64,000 nt of DNA from the NCBI GenBank assembly GCA_004022145.1, contig RCNU01000019.1; one strand, written 5' to 3'. The translations under genes were made by a program, and so were the position numbers. Every line of letters starts with the position of its first letter. The stretch's first letter is position 1. Under the pieces are notes generated by a model. That model had not been told where the DNA came from. It saw only the letters and a list, made by a program, of their open reading frames with translations, and did not search any database. Below, one piece after another: positions 38,786 through 53,180 of this stretch. This DNA comes from Paecilomyces variotii (Eukaryota).

Positions 38786-40510
38786 TCATTCCTCAAGGGA
38801 AAAGTCAAACTCCTTGAAGGCCTGCTTGAAACTCTCTGCGTCAGTTGTCTCTTCTTCCTTGGACTGAATGTCGTCCTTCCAGTTTATCCGCTTCTCCAAC
38901 TGCAGAAGCTTGGCCATGACCCTCCGCCCAAACTGGAGGTCGAAGCGGAAATCGGGACTAAGTGGAAGCAGTAAGCTCTTCTCTGAGCCCTTCTTTTCAC
39001 CGCTAGCCCCCGCCTCCGCGTCTGTGTCTGTACCCGTTTCTGAAGGCGTCCATATCCAGACACGGAAAGAGTCTCCAGGTGGAGTGATCTCATCATTGGA
39101 CGTTGTTTCGAATTTCGGGTATTTCAGATTTTCTGCTTCGACTTTGAACGCTGCTTCTACCAGGCCATTCTTGACCATGTCTGAGGGCACCGGCAGAAAT
39201 TGCCAATGGATGTGGATGCCATTTCCGCGGCTAACTTCCCATGTGACAGCACCCAACTCGCCCTTTGCGCGTGTGCGAAGCATCGCATGTAAGGATGATC
39301 TATACCGTTGCATTTCATTGTAGGTGCCCAGCCGGGAATCCGAGTCGGATATGGAGCTGAAAGTTGGAGAGTGTGTAAATGGAATTATCAATATATGCCC
39401 GGGAAATCCAAGGTGAGAGAATGTCTGTGGCGTTGGTAAAGGTCCTTTTGCTGTTGTGAGATAAGACTCATTCCCAATAGACGTTATGAGGTGTGTCGCG
39501 ATATTGGGGTTTGATAAGCAGAAAAAGCATTCACCAGGACCGGGAGGAGGCCCCCTGGCACGTTTGCGCGGTCGTTGGTGGTTATCCTCACGAGCAAACC
39601 GCTGATATGATTCGGTTTGACTCTGCAAGGCCCCACGCTTCGATGCGACGGCTGAAAAGGGAGTAGCTGTAGCCCCTACAGGGACAGAGGTCGGAACAGG
39701 AGCCTTCGGATCCAATGTAAAGGCATACATCCATTTTTGCTTGGTGGTCTTGCTGTAAGATGCTAGGTTGATGAAGCGCGTAAGAGGTTTCTCATCAGGT
39801 GCATCCTCAGTAGGCATATGAAAGAAAGGCTCTCTCTCGAAAAAGAAGTCGGCTGATGACGAGAAATGATAACGAGGTTTCAGCGTAGAGCAGACATCAG
39901 CAACGCACTGCACGCTCTCCGGAACAGCTGTGCCTTCTGGCAGAGATACCTTGGACCCGGTCGTGATACCCTTGGGCCATTGGTTGGTAATCAAGACGTC
40001 GGCATTGTGGACGCCAAAGAGAGCTCGAGCATCAGCTTCTGTATAGTGAGGATCGTACTTGCCGGTATTCTTAAGATCCGAAGTTGGATTGCTCTGTAGC
40101 TCTCCTCCAAGAGCCGCCAGTCGAATACCTTCAGAAGTTTTTAAAGTGCCGCGCTTTCCTAAATAATATAGATTCGGGCAGACTTCATCGTCCGATTCAA
40201 TCTTTTCGATCACTCTTGTTGGAAGAGGACGACTGCCGATAGTAAAGTAAGTTGGCAAGGGGACGGCGATGTTCCCCTGTAGAAGGCCGGAGATTTCATC
40301 CAACTCTTGCTCACTGGAGCAATCCCCAAAGAGATCCCCAACAACAATAGCAAACGAAAAATTCTGCTTCACCTGCAGCTTAGCGAGCTTGGTGAAGACC
40401 TCTCGCAGGGCACAATTCACGTTCCCAACAACGACGCTAAAGAAAAGTGTGAGCGTCACTTACACTTCAAGTACAAGCGCAGTGGGTTTTACTTACATTT
40501 TGGAAGCCAT
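38786..40510 (-). CDS. DRN1: CwfJ-domain protein, CWF19-like 1 / Drn1
   Basis: MASKI|VVVG (intron 40437-40496), calcineurin-like N-terminal domain, CFFCLSNP, HIHWQFLP, DLQFGRRVMAKLL. Confidence 0.9.
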
Positions 40511-40988
40511 AACTGACGCTTGGGTGTCTATCTAGCCACTCTGCTGATTTCAATGGGGTAGATTATTGCGAAGCAAGCATGCTGTGAATGCCAATGTCCG
40601 TAGATCGAGTAGCATACAAGTAACTTCCTTGAGATGTCAAACCAGCAACACCATAGAAACTACTTCTAGAGTGCTAACACTCGCGTTAGTACTAGTAGTT
40701 TGTGAGCCACAGAAAATGCTTCAGATCCCACTCAGATGGCTGTCATTTGATAGTTATTCGTTGCCATCATCCGCCTTTGGATAAAACGTAAGGAGCTTGG
40801 GCCACAAGCGTCACGTGAACAAATCATATCCAAAAAGGGTTAGTACGTGCACAAATTAAGCCCGGCGCTATCTCCGCACGGAGAAAACTACACCCGCGAC
40901 CGATGAACTTTTTTGAAGATTCGGGGATTTCTCGAGCGGCTTGGATCTCACGTCTCAAGCGGTGCAACTTGTTCCCAGGTGTGCCAGG

Positions 40989-43900
40989 ATGGTGGCAGCT
41001 TCTTCTGGGTCGCGGGGAAAGCCCGCAAAAGTTGTGAAAAAAGGAACTGAAACCGCGAAAACACACCGTTTCGAGCCCTTCTCCCAGCGCATCGCTCGAC
41101 TCAAAATCGACCCGATCCACCGTGTGCGCCGGCCAAGTTTCGGAGAAGAAGATGGCGACGACGAGACGTTTTCCCATTTCCGATCATCTCTCGAGCACTG
41201 GGGAGAGCTCAATCTTACCGATAATTTTGTCCAGTTCGTGCGTCGAGTGAATTCGCTCTCTGAGAGTCTTCCGCAGATTTTATATCATGAAGAGAAGATA
41301 ATGGGACTGTTGGTGGAATATATCGATAAGAGAGATCAATTATCTATCGAACCGCTGCTGAGTCTGCTGGCTCAGTTTGCCAGAGATCTGGGTGTCCGCT
41401 TTGAAAAATACTTTGCGTCGGCCGTTACTCTGGTGGCGTCGGTTGCAGCATCTCATGCTAATGTCGAGGTCGTCGAGTGGAGTTTCACCTGCCTGGCTTG
41501 GATATTCAAATTTCTATCCCGACTCCTCGTTCCAGATTTGACACCCGTCTTGAATATCATGGCTCCATACCTAGGGAAGGAACGCCAAAAACCGTTCGTT
41601 GCCAGGTTCGCCGCCGAGTCCATGTCGTTCCTCATTCGCAAGGCTGGCCTTGTGTACTACAAGAACAAGCTGCCTCTTGAGCGGGCCGTTTCGTTCCTAT
41701 TCAAGGATCTTCGGGAAGTGGAGGATTCACGATGCATAGATTCGTACAAAGAAGGATTGATGGTCATGTTCTCCGACGCTATAAAAGGAGTAAAAGGAGG
41801 AATTCATTCGAACGGAGCCGACATCCTTCGCTGTATTCTCGACAACTTATCATCAAAAGAGGAGCTTCAGAGCGAACTAGCACAACAAGTGTTAAGTGGG
41901 ATAGTAATCAACACTATCCATCATACGTCCAGCGATACCTTCGGGCCTCTGCTTGATACGATAGAAACCCATGTCACCAGCGATGACTATGAGAACACCG
42001 CATTCCACGCTCAAATCTGCACTCGGCTGATCTTCCTGTGTGTAAATACTCGGAAGGGATCAAGAGTGAAAAGCTGGAAGGGTGTTCACCGTAGTCTTAT
42101 CACACTACTCCAGAGGTCTTTGAAAACTCCTGAAACCTTCCAGGATTGTCTCCCAGAGCTCTTGACGGCGGCTTCATTCTCGCTGCAACTTTCTCCTATG
42201 GATGAAATGCTTCCCTCTCTGCGTCAGATAATGGATGCTATCACTGACGAGCGCTTGTCGAAGCATTTTCTCTCCTTCTGCGCTACCTTTGCCGAGGCGG
42301 GCTCCGAAAGGTTTCGTGGCTTTATTCTCCCTTATTTCCAAAAGTAAGAAAGCATGTACTCCTTGTTACTTTTACGGTATACTAATAAATTATTTCTAGG
42401 TTCATGACTTCTCTCTGGCAGGATTACGAGTGCGAATTGTGCCATGCCCTGCTTCAGCTCAGTGAAGCAGGTTGTGTAACAGCTGAAATTTCTCGGCCTG
42501 GTTACGTTACCTGCCCACCGGCTTGGAAAAAGCACATCACGGAGAAGTTAGATAAGCCCCAATCCTCCCCAGAGGAAGTTTCCTTGCTAGATGCATATTC
42601 AAAGCTTCCTGGCGCGATATCTTTTTCTACCGAGCCGTCAATCTTACCCCAGCTTGTTCAAAGTCTGCACGACATGCTACTGTCATCTCTCCGTTCAGGG
42701 TCACCACATTCGCAGCCACTAGATGATTTTGCTTGTGGTCAAGGTTTCAAGACTTATGTCGATCTCGCCAGTCAGTCGGGTGCCGTTGACGAAGCCCTGT
42801 GGGATCCTATCAGCCAAGCTGCCCCGAAGTTTTCTCGCGTCTCACTCTTTCTAGAGGCCACTCTATCCTATATGTTGGCTCATAATGGCCCGATTAGCGT
42901 CGATGAGTCCACGCTTGAACCGTTCGCCAATGCTTTGATCAGCAACCTTGCTGGTCCCTCGCATCAACTGAGGCTCGTGTCCCTGAAAATTTTGCGTGAA
43001 TTGGTCACCAGGGCGCTCAAAGATGATGGCTCTCTCATCTCCATGGCAATTGAAATTGAAGAGAGTCCTTTGAATCTGCAGACGGCAAGGTACCTCTCGA
43101 TGCAGATTCGAAAGTTGGCACTCGCATACCCCCAGGTGATATCTCATAGGTGGCTTCCGAAGCTTATCCCCTACTTCTGCTTCGGCTTGTTCTCCAAGAA
43201 GCTTGCGCCTCTGTGGGATGATTCAGCTGAAGCCTTGAAGACTATGAGTGAACATGCCGTGGGAGAGGCTATTATTGCGGACATGGCAATCGGATGGCTG
43301 CAGGAACCTGGCAGCCCTCTCTCCAGCGAAGACCAAGATGACGACAACTATTTCCGCGCGACGGAGTTCCAGTGCTTCAACGTTTTAAAAATGGAGAAAT
43401 ACATTGCTTCCACATTCCGACGGCCGGAAAATGCGGCAGCAATGCTACTGCACGAATTCGAACAGAAACATAACCCTTCAGCTATCATCCCGACCTGGCC
43501 TAGGTCTCATGCTCTGCGCGTCCTCAATGCCGCTCCTCAAATTGCAGAGAAACGCTCTCGCCAGATAGTCCCAATGTTTCTATCATGGGCTTCTCATGAC
43601 GAGGATACTGTTACTCCTGAAGAAGGCTCCACCGTCACGCCTGATGGTCAGACCCAACCTCCTTGGGGCTTCAAGGATCGAATGGCGCTTCTGGCACTCT
43701 TTGGAAAGTTTATAAACCCCAAAGTACTGTACAAGGAGTCAGAAGTTCATGGCGCTCTTCGCAACCTCCTTTCCAATGGTGACTCTGAGATACAGAAGTC
43801 TGCCCTGAAAGCCCTGTTCACCTGGAAGTCTCCCCATATCCTTCCTTACCAGGAAAATCTCCTTAACATACTTGACGAGTCTAGGTTCAGAGAGGAGCTT

Positions 43901-46900
43901 GCTGTCTTCGTACACGTTGGCAGGGAGGACAGTGTGATCGAAGACGAGCACAGAGCTGAGCTGCTTCCGGTCCTATTGAGGCTCCTTTACGGTCGAATGG
44001 TCTCACGAGTAGCCCAGCATGGCGGTCAAGGTGGGCAGGCTGGTCGGAGGAAAGCGATTCTGCGGACGCTGTCACAACTCTCTGACAAGGACTTTGATCT
44101 CTTCGTACAAATAGCATTCGGTGTTCTGGGTGAGCATCACCTCGTGGAAGAAGGCCATGTCCAGGAGCAACGGCTAGCGAATGAACTTGTCAGCCCAAGG
44201 AAGCAGATGGGTCTTTTGAGGATGATTGAGACCATGTTCGATACCCTTCAGAGTCGAATGCTTCCGTACACTGAACGATCGATGGACGTCGTTGTCTATT
44301 GCCTCGTTCGAGCTTGTCGAGCCCTCAAGGATGACCCGACAGCAGATGTCGCTGACTCCCAGCTTGGGAACCTAGCTAATGTGGTCCGTGGAATTCGTCA
44401 ACTCGCTATCCGTTGTCTTGACTTGATATTCTCTGTATCGCCTGACACGGATTGGTCACAATACCTCCCTACCATTTTTGACGAAGTGATCAACCCGAGA
44501 CTTGATAACTTCGCCATTGAGACAGCACAAGGCGTCTCCGGTCTCCTTCGCCTATTCCATACTTGGGCGTCTTCCCCCAAATCTGCGTTCTACCTTGTTC
44601 GGTACAACAACGCCCTTCTTTCCAAAATAGTTGATTGTTTGGGAGTGGAATCCGCTCGTGATGAAGTGAAGATCTTCGTAATGGACCAGATTATAGTACC
44701 ACTGGTCGGGTTGTCCACTGGCAAGTCCATTGAAGAGAAGGAAGAAATGGGAGATGTGCCGCCAGAGCAAATCCGTTCAGAAGTCCTTGCACCATATGTT
44801 GACTCAACTCTGTCTCACCTTGGGAATCTTCTGAAGCACAATCCTTCCCGCCCGCTCATGGTTTCTGGCGTCGAGACGTTGTCACTTCTTGCACCATGCG
44901 TTGAGTCTTCACGAGAGACTTCGAGCCTCATCAGTATTGCTACCTTTCTCCTTCGACAGCCGCCTGATCGTGTTTCTCCAAAAACGAAATCGGGCCTTCT
45001 TCGCATACTCCAGCACTTCTTGCCGCTGTACGATCCTCAGGGCGATGTAGCGCTTACGACACAAGTATTCGAAGCTATCTCATCAATGTTCGATTATTTC
45101 AAGGATGATCAGAACAGGGAAGTGCTTTCTAAAGTTTTTGCCGCATTTGCAAGCCATGACTCGGAGCTACAGGAGGTCGCCTCTCTATGCTCTGATCTCA
45201 ATGCTGTATCCGCCCAGAGACTTGATGAAGTCGATTACGAACGACGTCTCCAAGCCTTCACAAGAATCAACGAGGACTTGTGGAATGGCTTCAATGCTAA
45301 GCAGTGGCGACCTCTGCTGTTTAACATGCTCTTTCACATTAAAGATGAGGATGAGCTTGCGATAAGGTCAAGCGCCTCTTACGGGTTGAGACGATTCGTG
45401 GAAAAAGCTGCACTAGGATCGGAGAACAATGATGCAGAGTTCGATTCGCTTGTCATGACTGTCTTACTGCCCACTTTGCGGAATGGAGTCAAACACAAAT
45501 CAGAGATGATTCGGGCCGAATTCGTCACCAGCCTGGGGTATTTCATCAAGTTGAACCCTACAATGCCAGCGGTTCAGGATATGCACGTGCTACTTGTTAG
45601 TGATGATGAGGAGGCCTCTTTCTTCAACAACATTCTCCATATCCAACAGCATCGTCGTACGCGTGCATTGCGTCGACTAGCTGGAGAAGCGGCTAAAGGG
45701 AAAATCCAGGCGTCCAACATCAGCACTATCTTCATGCCTCTTATCGAGCACTATATTTTTGACCAGGCTGAAGATGAGAACGCACACAACTTGACCGCTG
45801 AGGCAGTTAGCACAATCGGTACACTCGCAGAGTGGCTGGAATGGGTCCAATTCAGAGCTATATTCCGACGCTATCGAGCTTACATGGAAAGCAAATCGGA
45901 AACAGAAAAGAATGTCATTAGGCTCCTCGGACGGATGGCGGATGCACTATCCCATTCGATGGACCAGGCCAGAGCATCCCAGGATGTGGGCGACGCAGAA
46001 ATGGAGGATATGGATCCTTCTGTACCATCGAAGACCACCCTTGCTAAGGCGTTGCCATCTGGTGCGAAAGTGGCAACAGAACTTACATCGCACTTTATCC
46101 CCTTCCTGACTAAATATATCCACCACAAGGATGAGGCCGAGGTCAGCTTGCGGTTACCGGTTGCAGTGACTACTGTCAAGCTTATCAAGCTTCTTCCGGA
46201 GGACGACCAGGTTATTCGTCTGCCCGCGGTGCTCTTGGATGTATGCAATGTCCTCCGCAGCCGTTCGCAAGAGTCCCGAGATATTGCTAGAAGGACTCTA
46301 GCGGACATTGCACTCATTCTTGGGCCTTCGCACTTTGGGTACATCTTGAGAGAGTTACGCAGTGCCTTAACTAGAGGATATCAGCTACACGTACTCTCAT
46401 TCACGCTCCACTCGATTCTCGTTACTACCACCGATGACTTCAAGCAGGGCGACCTTGACCATTGTCTTGGCGAAATGGTGTCAGTGGTCATGGATGATAT
46501 CTTCGGTACCACCGGTCAAGAGAAGGAGGCCGAAGAATATATCAGCAAAATGAAAGAGGTCAAGAGCAGCAAGAGCTATGACTCGATGGAGCTTCTAGCC
46601 AAAAATGCTACTGTCAGACATCTGGCACACCTTATACGTCCACTCCAGGGCTTGTTACGAGAAAAGCTTACTTCAAACATCATGAAAAAAGTTGATGAAC
46701 TCCTGAGACGAATTGGAGTTGGTCTTCTGAGAAACCCTGAAGCCGAGAGTCGCGACCTGCTAGTTTTCTGTTACGAAGTCATCAAGGAGTCATACGAAGA
46801 CCCTAAAACAACGGCGCCCGAATCCACTATACCCGCCTCTCGCTTGCGTTTCTTAGTGAATCTCCCTGCGAAGAAGGGTGAAAAACGGGGCTCGACAACA

Positions 46901-48922
46901 TCGTACGTGTACAAGTTGGCGCGGTTTTCACTTGACGTTCTTCGGTCGATTCTCAACAAGCACAGTTCGCTCCTAACAGCAAGCAATGTGGCTGGCTTTC
47001 TCCCAATGATCGGAGATTTCTTAGTTGATGCGCACGAGGAGGTTAAAATCTCTTCCCTCCGTCTCTTGTCTACCATCATCAAACTGCCGCTTCCTGACCT
47101 GGACAAAAATTCGCACGTCTATCTGACGGAGGCTGTTAAACTGATCAAGGAGGCACCGAATACAAACACGGAAGCGGCTCAGGCTTCTCTGAAGCTCATC
47201 GCGGCCATGTTGCGTGAGAGGAAGTCGACAACCCTCAAGGATGGTCATCTAGCGTTCCTTCTCAAGCGCCTGGCATCCGACATCGAGGAGCCTGATCGTC
47301 AGGGAGTCACCTTCAATTTCATCAGGGCTGTGATGGCACGCAAGTTCGTCGTACCAGAGATGTACGAGCTTATGGACAACATTGCGACTATGATGGTAAC
47401 CAATCAGACTCGTAGCGCACGAGACCTCGCACGAGGCGTATACGTCCACTTTCTGCTTGAGTATCCTCAGGCCAAGAATCGCTGGGCCAAACAGCTAGCG
47501 TTTCTGGCGAAGAATTTTGATTTCCAATATCAGGAAGGGCGCCAGTCCGTCATGGAAGCCGTGCATATGCTGCTGGCCAAGACCGGTGACGAACTCGCTC
47601 AAGATATTGTTGGAACCTTCTTCCTACCCGTGGTCATGGTTATGGCAAATGATGACTCGCCCGAGTGCCGTGAAATGGCTGGAGTGTTACTCGGAGAGCT
47701 TTATCGCCGGGCTGATAGAGAGCAGATGAGCGCCATTCTCAGACCGCTGCACTCTTGGCTCGAGCAAACCGACAACATGCTGCTCACTAGCACTGGCCTT
47801 CAGGCAATGAGGATATTTTTCGACCCCGAAGTGACAGAAAAGGATAAGGAAGCTCGATTTGTGATCAGCGTACTTCCCAGCATCATTGAGCCGATTGAGA
47901 ACCAAGAAAGCGAAAACTGGGAGGTCCTCTACTTTGCTCTTCAACTTTTCACCAAGCTTTGCAAAACGGTACCCTCCATCGCCCTTGCGCAAGAATGTGC
48001 CCCCATCTGGTCTCATGTGCGAGAGTCGCTGTTCTTCCCTCATGCGTGGGTCAAGACATGCGCCGCCAATCTTGTTGGCCTATGGCTGGCGGATTTGGCC
48101 AAGGCAAACGCTGCATCTGGCTACGGAGCAGTCCCTCTAGTGGGTTCGTCAGGTCTGAAGCTTGACAAGGAGGCGATGTTGCAATTGATCCGCGCTAGTA
48201 CACGTTGTCTTCGTACGCCAGGTATTAGCGAAGAGCTGGCCATGCAAACAGTCCGAAACATTATCTTCCTCGGTCGCTGCTTTGCCCAGAACAAGCTCGA
48301 ATTCTCCAAGGCGGGACCTGGAGAAGCTGAAGCTGAAGCCGATGAGGCGATTGAGGAGAGTGACTCTGGCGAAGAGGACCAGGATCAGGACAACGTCAAC
48401 GACACGGGCTCATCCACGAAGTCCGCCATTCAGTATATCTTCCAACAGGTTTCCCTTATCCTGCGTCGCGAGACTCTCACGACAAAGGCTGAGTCGTTGA
48501 TTCCGAAGACCGCCTCCATGGGCCTGCTTGCTGCACTCTGTCGCCATCTCGATACGGAGCAAATCATGCCGTCACTACCGGTAATTCTGCTACCATTGCA
48601 GCATCTTACCGATCAATCTATCCCTGCACCGCGTTCCTCGGACCGCGATTTCCAGGAGGTGTATAAGGCCCTTGTCAGCAACGCACATGAAGTCCTGGAT
48701 CTCTTGCAGAAGAAGCTCGGAACCACGGAGTACGTAGCGCAAATGGCGCGCGTGCAGGAATCGATCAAAGAACGGCGTGAGGGACGTCGTGTCAAAAGAC
48801 GTATTGAGGCTGTCGCAGACCCCGAAAAGGTCGGACGCGAAAAGAAGAGGAGGAACGAGCGCAAGCGGGAGAAGAGAAAGGAGAAGGGTCTTGAATTTAG
48901 AGGAAAGAGAAGGGGTTGGTAG
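40989..48922 (+). CDS. UTP20: U3 snoRNP / SSU processome HEAT-repeat protein Utp20
   Basis: HRFEPFSQRIARLKIDP, LSESLPQILYH, ELRSALTRGYQLHVL, basic C-terminus; intron 42344-42399. Confidence 0.96.
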
Positions 48923-49304
48923 ATGTTTATACATAAACATAATGTGTCAATTATGCTGAGCAGGGCTGGCGTTTGAGGAAAACAAAATTTTTTAGATAGA
49001 ATTGGGCATGAACGGAGATGGTTATATTATGTGCTAATGATACATAGAGTCTATGTCGATATGTACATAGTGTATACAAGATGACGAAAAAGAAAAGGTA
49101 TTCATGCGAGATCCTTTTCCAGTGGGCTCCCATTACCACCGACAAGCATAGACACTTTTCCTTCACCCATAGGTACTCAGAAAACCCGTCAACTCCTGAA
49201 CTCGCTGCAAAAGTATCGTAAGATATGCAATGTGGAACTGCAACAGGAGACACGCATAGGATTTCTCCTGGGGCTGAAGATCATGACAGTTCCGTTAACA
49301 ATTA

Positions 49305-49889
49305 TCACTGCTCGCCAGCCTTTTCAGACTGCTCCTGGGTCTGCTTCGGGTTCGAAGTGCCATCATCCCAGAACTCCATGTCGCCATCCACATAGCCCTT
49401 CTTCAGCTTCCTGCCATCTTTCTTCAGGATATCTTCCAGCGTGCTCTTCTTGTCCATGAAGATGCCCAGATGATCGCTGATCACATGTCGGTTGGAACAA
49501 GTCGGGCAACGGATCAAGACTGTGCCGCGATGGTAGCCGTGCTTGGACATTTGATGCGAGGAACGGTCGCCGCATGGTTTGCAGGTAAATGTGATCTGGT
49601 ACATGGGCTCTTGCGCCCGACGTGCTTTGTTCTGCTCGGCATTTTCTGCGTCTGTAGATTCGGAGGTGGCGCGGTCGGTAAGAGGACGAGGATCACGAGT
49701 CTTGGGCGCTTCAGAGGATGCGAAGGATCTGGAAAGAGAGGGAATCACAGCTTGCTTCTGTCTGAAAACGCTGGCAGATAGTAATGGCGACTGCGACTGT
49801 GATCGCGATAGTATGCTGGGAGCGGAGGCTCGGGGAAAGAGGCGACTCTGGCCGCGGAGGACGTGTCGCAAAGCCGGTGCTGCACGCAT
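49305..49889 (-). CDS. ZIM17: Mitochondrial DNL zinc-finger Hsp70 escort protein
   Basis: Arg/Ser-rich presequence; YQITFTCKPC...GTVLIRCPTCSNRHVISDHL. Confidence 0.92.
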   Translation of the reverse strand: MRAAPALRHVLRGQSRLFPRASAPSILSRSQSQSPLLSASVFRQKQAVIPSLSRSFASSEAPKTRDPRPLTDRATSESTDAENAEQNKARRAQEPMYQITFTCKPCGDRSSHQMSKHGYHRGTVLIRCPTCSNRHVISDHLGIFMDKKSTLEDILKKDGRKLKKGYVDGDMEFWDDGTSNPKQTQEQSEKAGEQ

Positions 49890-50387
49890 TATGACTCGAA
49901 TATGAAGTGAAGATACAGTCGCGATAGTAATTCTGGTAAGTACCGACAGACGCACCTGGCGTTCTCGCGTATTCCAGCTGCGGTAGAGATGTTTCTGATG
50001 GTTAATCGATGATGATATGATAAACTATCGGAAACGGCGTCGCTCGAGGCAGAAAAGCCGCCGGAGATAAGTTGTTCCTGGGCTTTTCTCCGCGGCGAAA
50101 GCGAGAGCATCTCCATGTCCAAGTAGAGCATCTACTGAGACCAGCGACCATTCTCGGCGAGAAACAGTCAGAGATCTTCAGTGCAGGCGAATGGAGTTCT
50201 GGTTAGAAGTTTCCTCTCTCCCTGTCAGCCTCACTTCACTGCTCCCTGCGTTGCGCAGCTGTCTTCCCAACGCATCTATCTACCTCACTATCTCCGGCCG
50301 CTTTGACTGCCCCGCCCTCGAGTCTGTTCACAGATAAATAATACAGCACATTTTTCGATATAGCCTTCCAAGGAAGACACGTACACC

Positions 50388-53180
50388 ATGGCTGCTATGA
50401 GAGCTAGGCATAAGATTCGTGCCCCTCGAAGGGTGGGTGTTCATTTTCCTTTGTTCGTTATTGCTCAAAGAAATCCTCCCGCAGTACGGAGGGAGGCAAC
50501 TTCCGCTGCTGCAGACATAAACAGCTTTTTGACGCTGGACTCGACATCTTGACTCTATCTGGTCGATTAATTCCTAGTGCTTGACGATTGTTGCTAATAT
50601 GAGTGTCCTCATAAAGGGTTTAACGACAGGCAAAGGAGATGATTTCGAGTCGAGATGGTCCGTCCTGTCTTCATCTTTACGCGAGATCCACACCAAGAAT
50701 GCTTCGTGCCTATCCTTCGAGGAACTTTACCGCAGCGCATACCAGTGTGTCATTATGGGCCGGGGTGATGATCTGTACGAGCGTGTCGTGCGTCTAGAGC
50801 AGGACTGGTTGGAGAAGGAGGTCTGCAAGCGAGTCACATCCGCCATATCTCCGAGCTTATTACTAGCAAGAGAACCAACCGATGCAATGGACCAAGCAAA
50901 CGAGAGAAGAGCTGCAGGAGAGAAGTTTTTGGAAGTAGTAAAGGCGGCTTGGGAAGACCATCAACTGTGTATGGGCATGATCACAGATGTATTGATGTAC
51001 ATGGTAAGCTGCACATCCGCTCTCTTACAATGCCATCCTTTAGACTTTTGTGCTTACGAGGTAAAGAATCGTGTTACATGCTCCGACCATAGGAAACCGT
51101 CGATATATATCGCAGCCATGTGCTTATTCCGAGATCATGTCCTTCGAGCGGCCATACCTGCGGAATCGGAAATGACTGTTTATAACGTCCTTGAATCAAC
51201 AGTCCTCTTCATGATACAACTGGAGAGAGCTGGGCATATTATAGAGAGGCCATTGATTCGACACTGCATGTACATGCTAGAGGGTCTATACGAGACAGCC
51301 ACAGAGGAGGATTCGTCGAAGTTGTACTTGACCGTCTTTGAGCCTTCGTTCCTGGAATCCAGCAAGGCTTTCTACCACGCCGAAGGACAGAGACTTCTAG
51401 CGACAACTGATGCAGCTACCTTCTGCCGACTCACCTCTGAACGCATCACGGAAGAGGTGCAGCGGTGTCGACAGACATTGTCTGACCTGACAGAACCGAA
51501 GATCAAGAGTGTACTGGACGAAGAGATGATCCTCAAGAACATTGCAGATGTCATCGCACTAGAGGGGAGCGGTGTTCGGTATATGCTTGACCATGACAAG
51601 CTGGAGGACCTGGGTAATGTGTACCAACTCAGCGCGAGAGTTGACCCGAAGAAGACCGCATTAACGAGAGCGGTACAAAAGCGCATTGTTGAGATGGGCG
51701 ATGAAATCAATGCTGCAGCCAAGGCGTTCGCCCAGCCGACAGTGGCTCCGGCGCAGAAGTCGGAGGAGGCCGCTAATGGCAAGAAGAAAGCTGATGAGAA
51801 GGAGAAGCCTGCAAATCAGCAGACTGCGGCTGCAATCAAATGGGTTGACGATATTCTAGCTCTCAAGCAGAAATTCGACGACGTCTGGCGCAAGGCTTTC
51901 GCCTCTGATCAGGGTCTGCAAACATCGATTACCACAAGCTTCTCAGACTTCATCAACTCCAACAACCGCAGTTCAGAGCATCTGTCTTTGTTCTTCGATG
52001 AAAATCTTAAGAAGGGCATCAAGGGGAAGACGGAGAGTGAAGTTGATGCTCTTCTTGAGAACGGTATCACGCTTCTCCGATACATTAAGGATAAGGACCT
52101 CTTCGAGACCTACTATAAGAAGCACCTGTCTCGACGTCTGCTCATGAAGCGGTCAGCAAGTATGGATGCTGAGAGACAGATGATCTCAAAGATGAAGATG
52201 GAAGTTGGAAACCAGTTCACACAGCGTCTCGAATCTATGTTCAAGGACATGGCAATCTCCGATGACCTTACAGCCGGCTACAGAGACCACGTGGCGAAGT
52301 CTGCGGATCCGGATGTCAAGAAGGTAGAACTGGAAATCAGCGTTCTCACCAGTACGATGTGGCCCATGGAAATCATGTCTGCCTCCAAAGATGGTGCCGT
52401 GCAGCTACCATGCATCTTCCCTAAGGAGATCGACTCACTCAAGCAGAGCTTTGAGAACTTCTACCTAAGCAAGCACAATGGCCGGAAGCTCTCTTGGCAG
52501 TCAAACATGGGCACTGCAGATATCCGAGCGACGTTTCGGAGGTCTAACGGCAAAGTTGCCCGTCATGAGCTGAATGTCTCGACGTACGCCATGGTCATAT
52601 TACTCCTCTTCAACGACGTGCCGGACGGTGAATCTCTCACCTACGAAGAGATCCAAGCGCAGACCCGTATTCCAGATCACGACTTGATTCGGAACCTTCA
52701 GTCTCTCGCCGTGGCCCCTAAAACCCGAGTCCTCAAGAAAGATCCGATGAGCAAAGACGTGAAGCCAACAGACCGATTCTTCTACAACCCAGACTTCCAG
52801 AGCATGTTCACTAAGGTTCGCATCGGCGTTGTCAGCGGTGGAGGAAACAAAGTTGAGAGTCAGAACGAGCGAAAAGAGACGGAGAAGAAGATGAACGAGG
52901 AGCGAGGCGGTAGCATTGAAGCTGCAATCGTACGAATCATGAAGTACGTTGTGTCCTTGATCCCCTTTCGACTGTACGATAGATACTAACGTGGCCTTTT
53001 CCTTAGGCAACGGAAAACGCTTTCGCACTCTCAGCTCATGACAGAAGTACTAACGCAGCTTGCTTCTCGCTTTGTTCCCGACGTCAACATGGTCAAGAAG
53101 CGTATCGAGAGTCTGATTGATCGAGAATACCTCGAACGTATCTCAGACTCAGATCCGCCCGCGTATGGCTACATTGCTTA
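50388..53180 (+). CDS. CUL3: Cullin-3
   Basis: KIRAPRR, LSFEELYRSAY, KDLFETYYKKHLSRRLL, IEAAIVRIMK, IESLIDREYL; introns 50433-50616, 51004-51066, 52944-53006. Confidence 0.96.
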
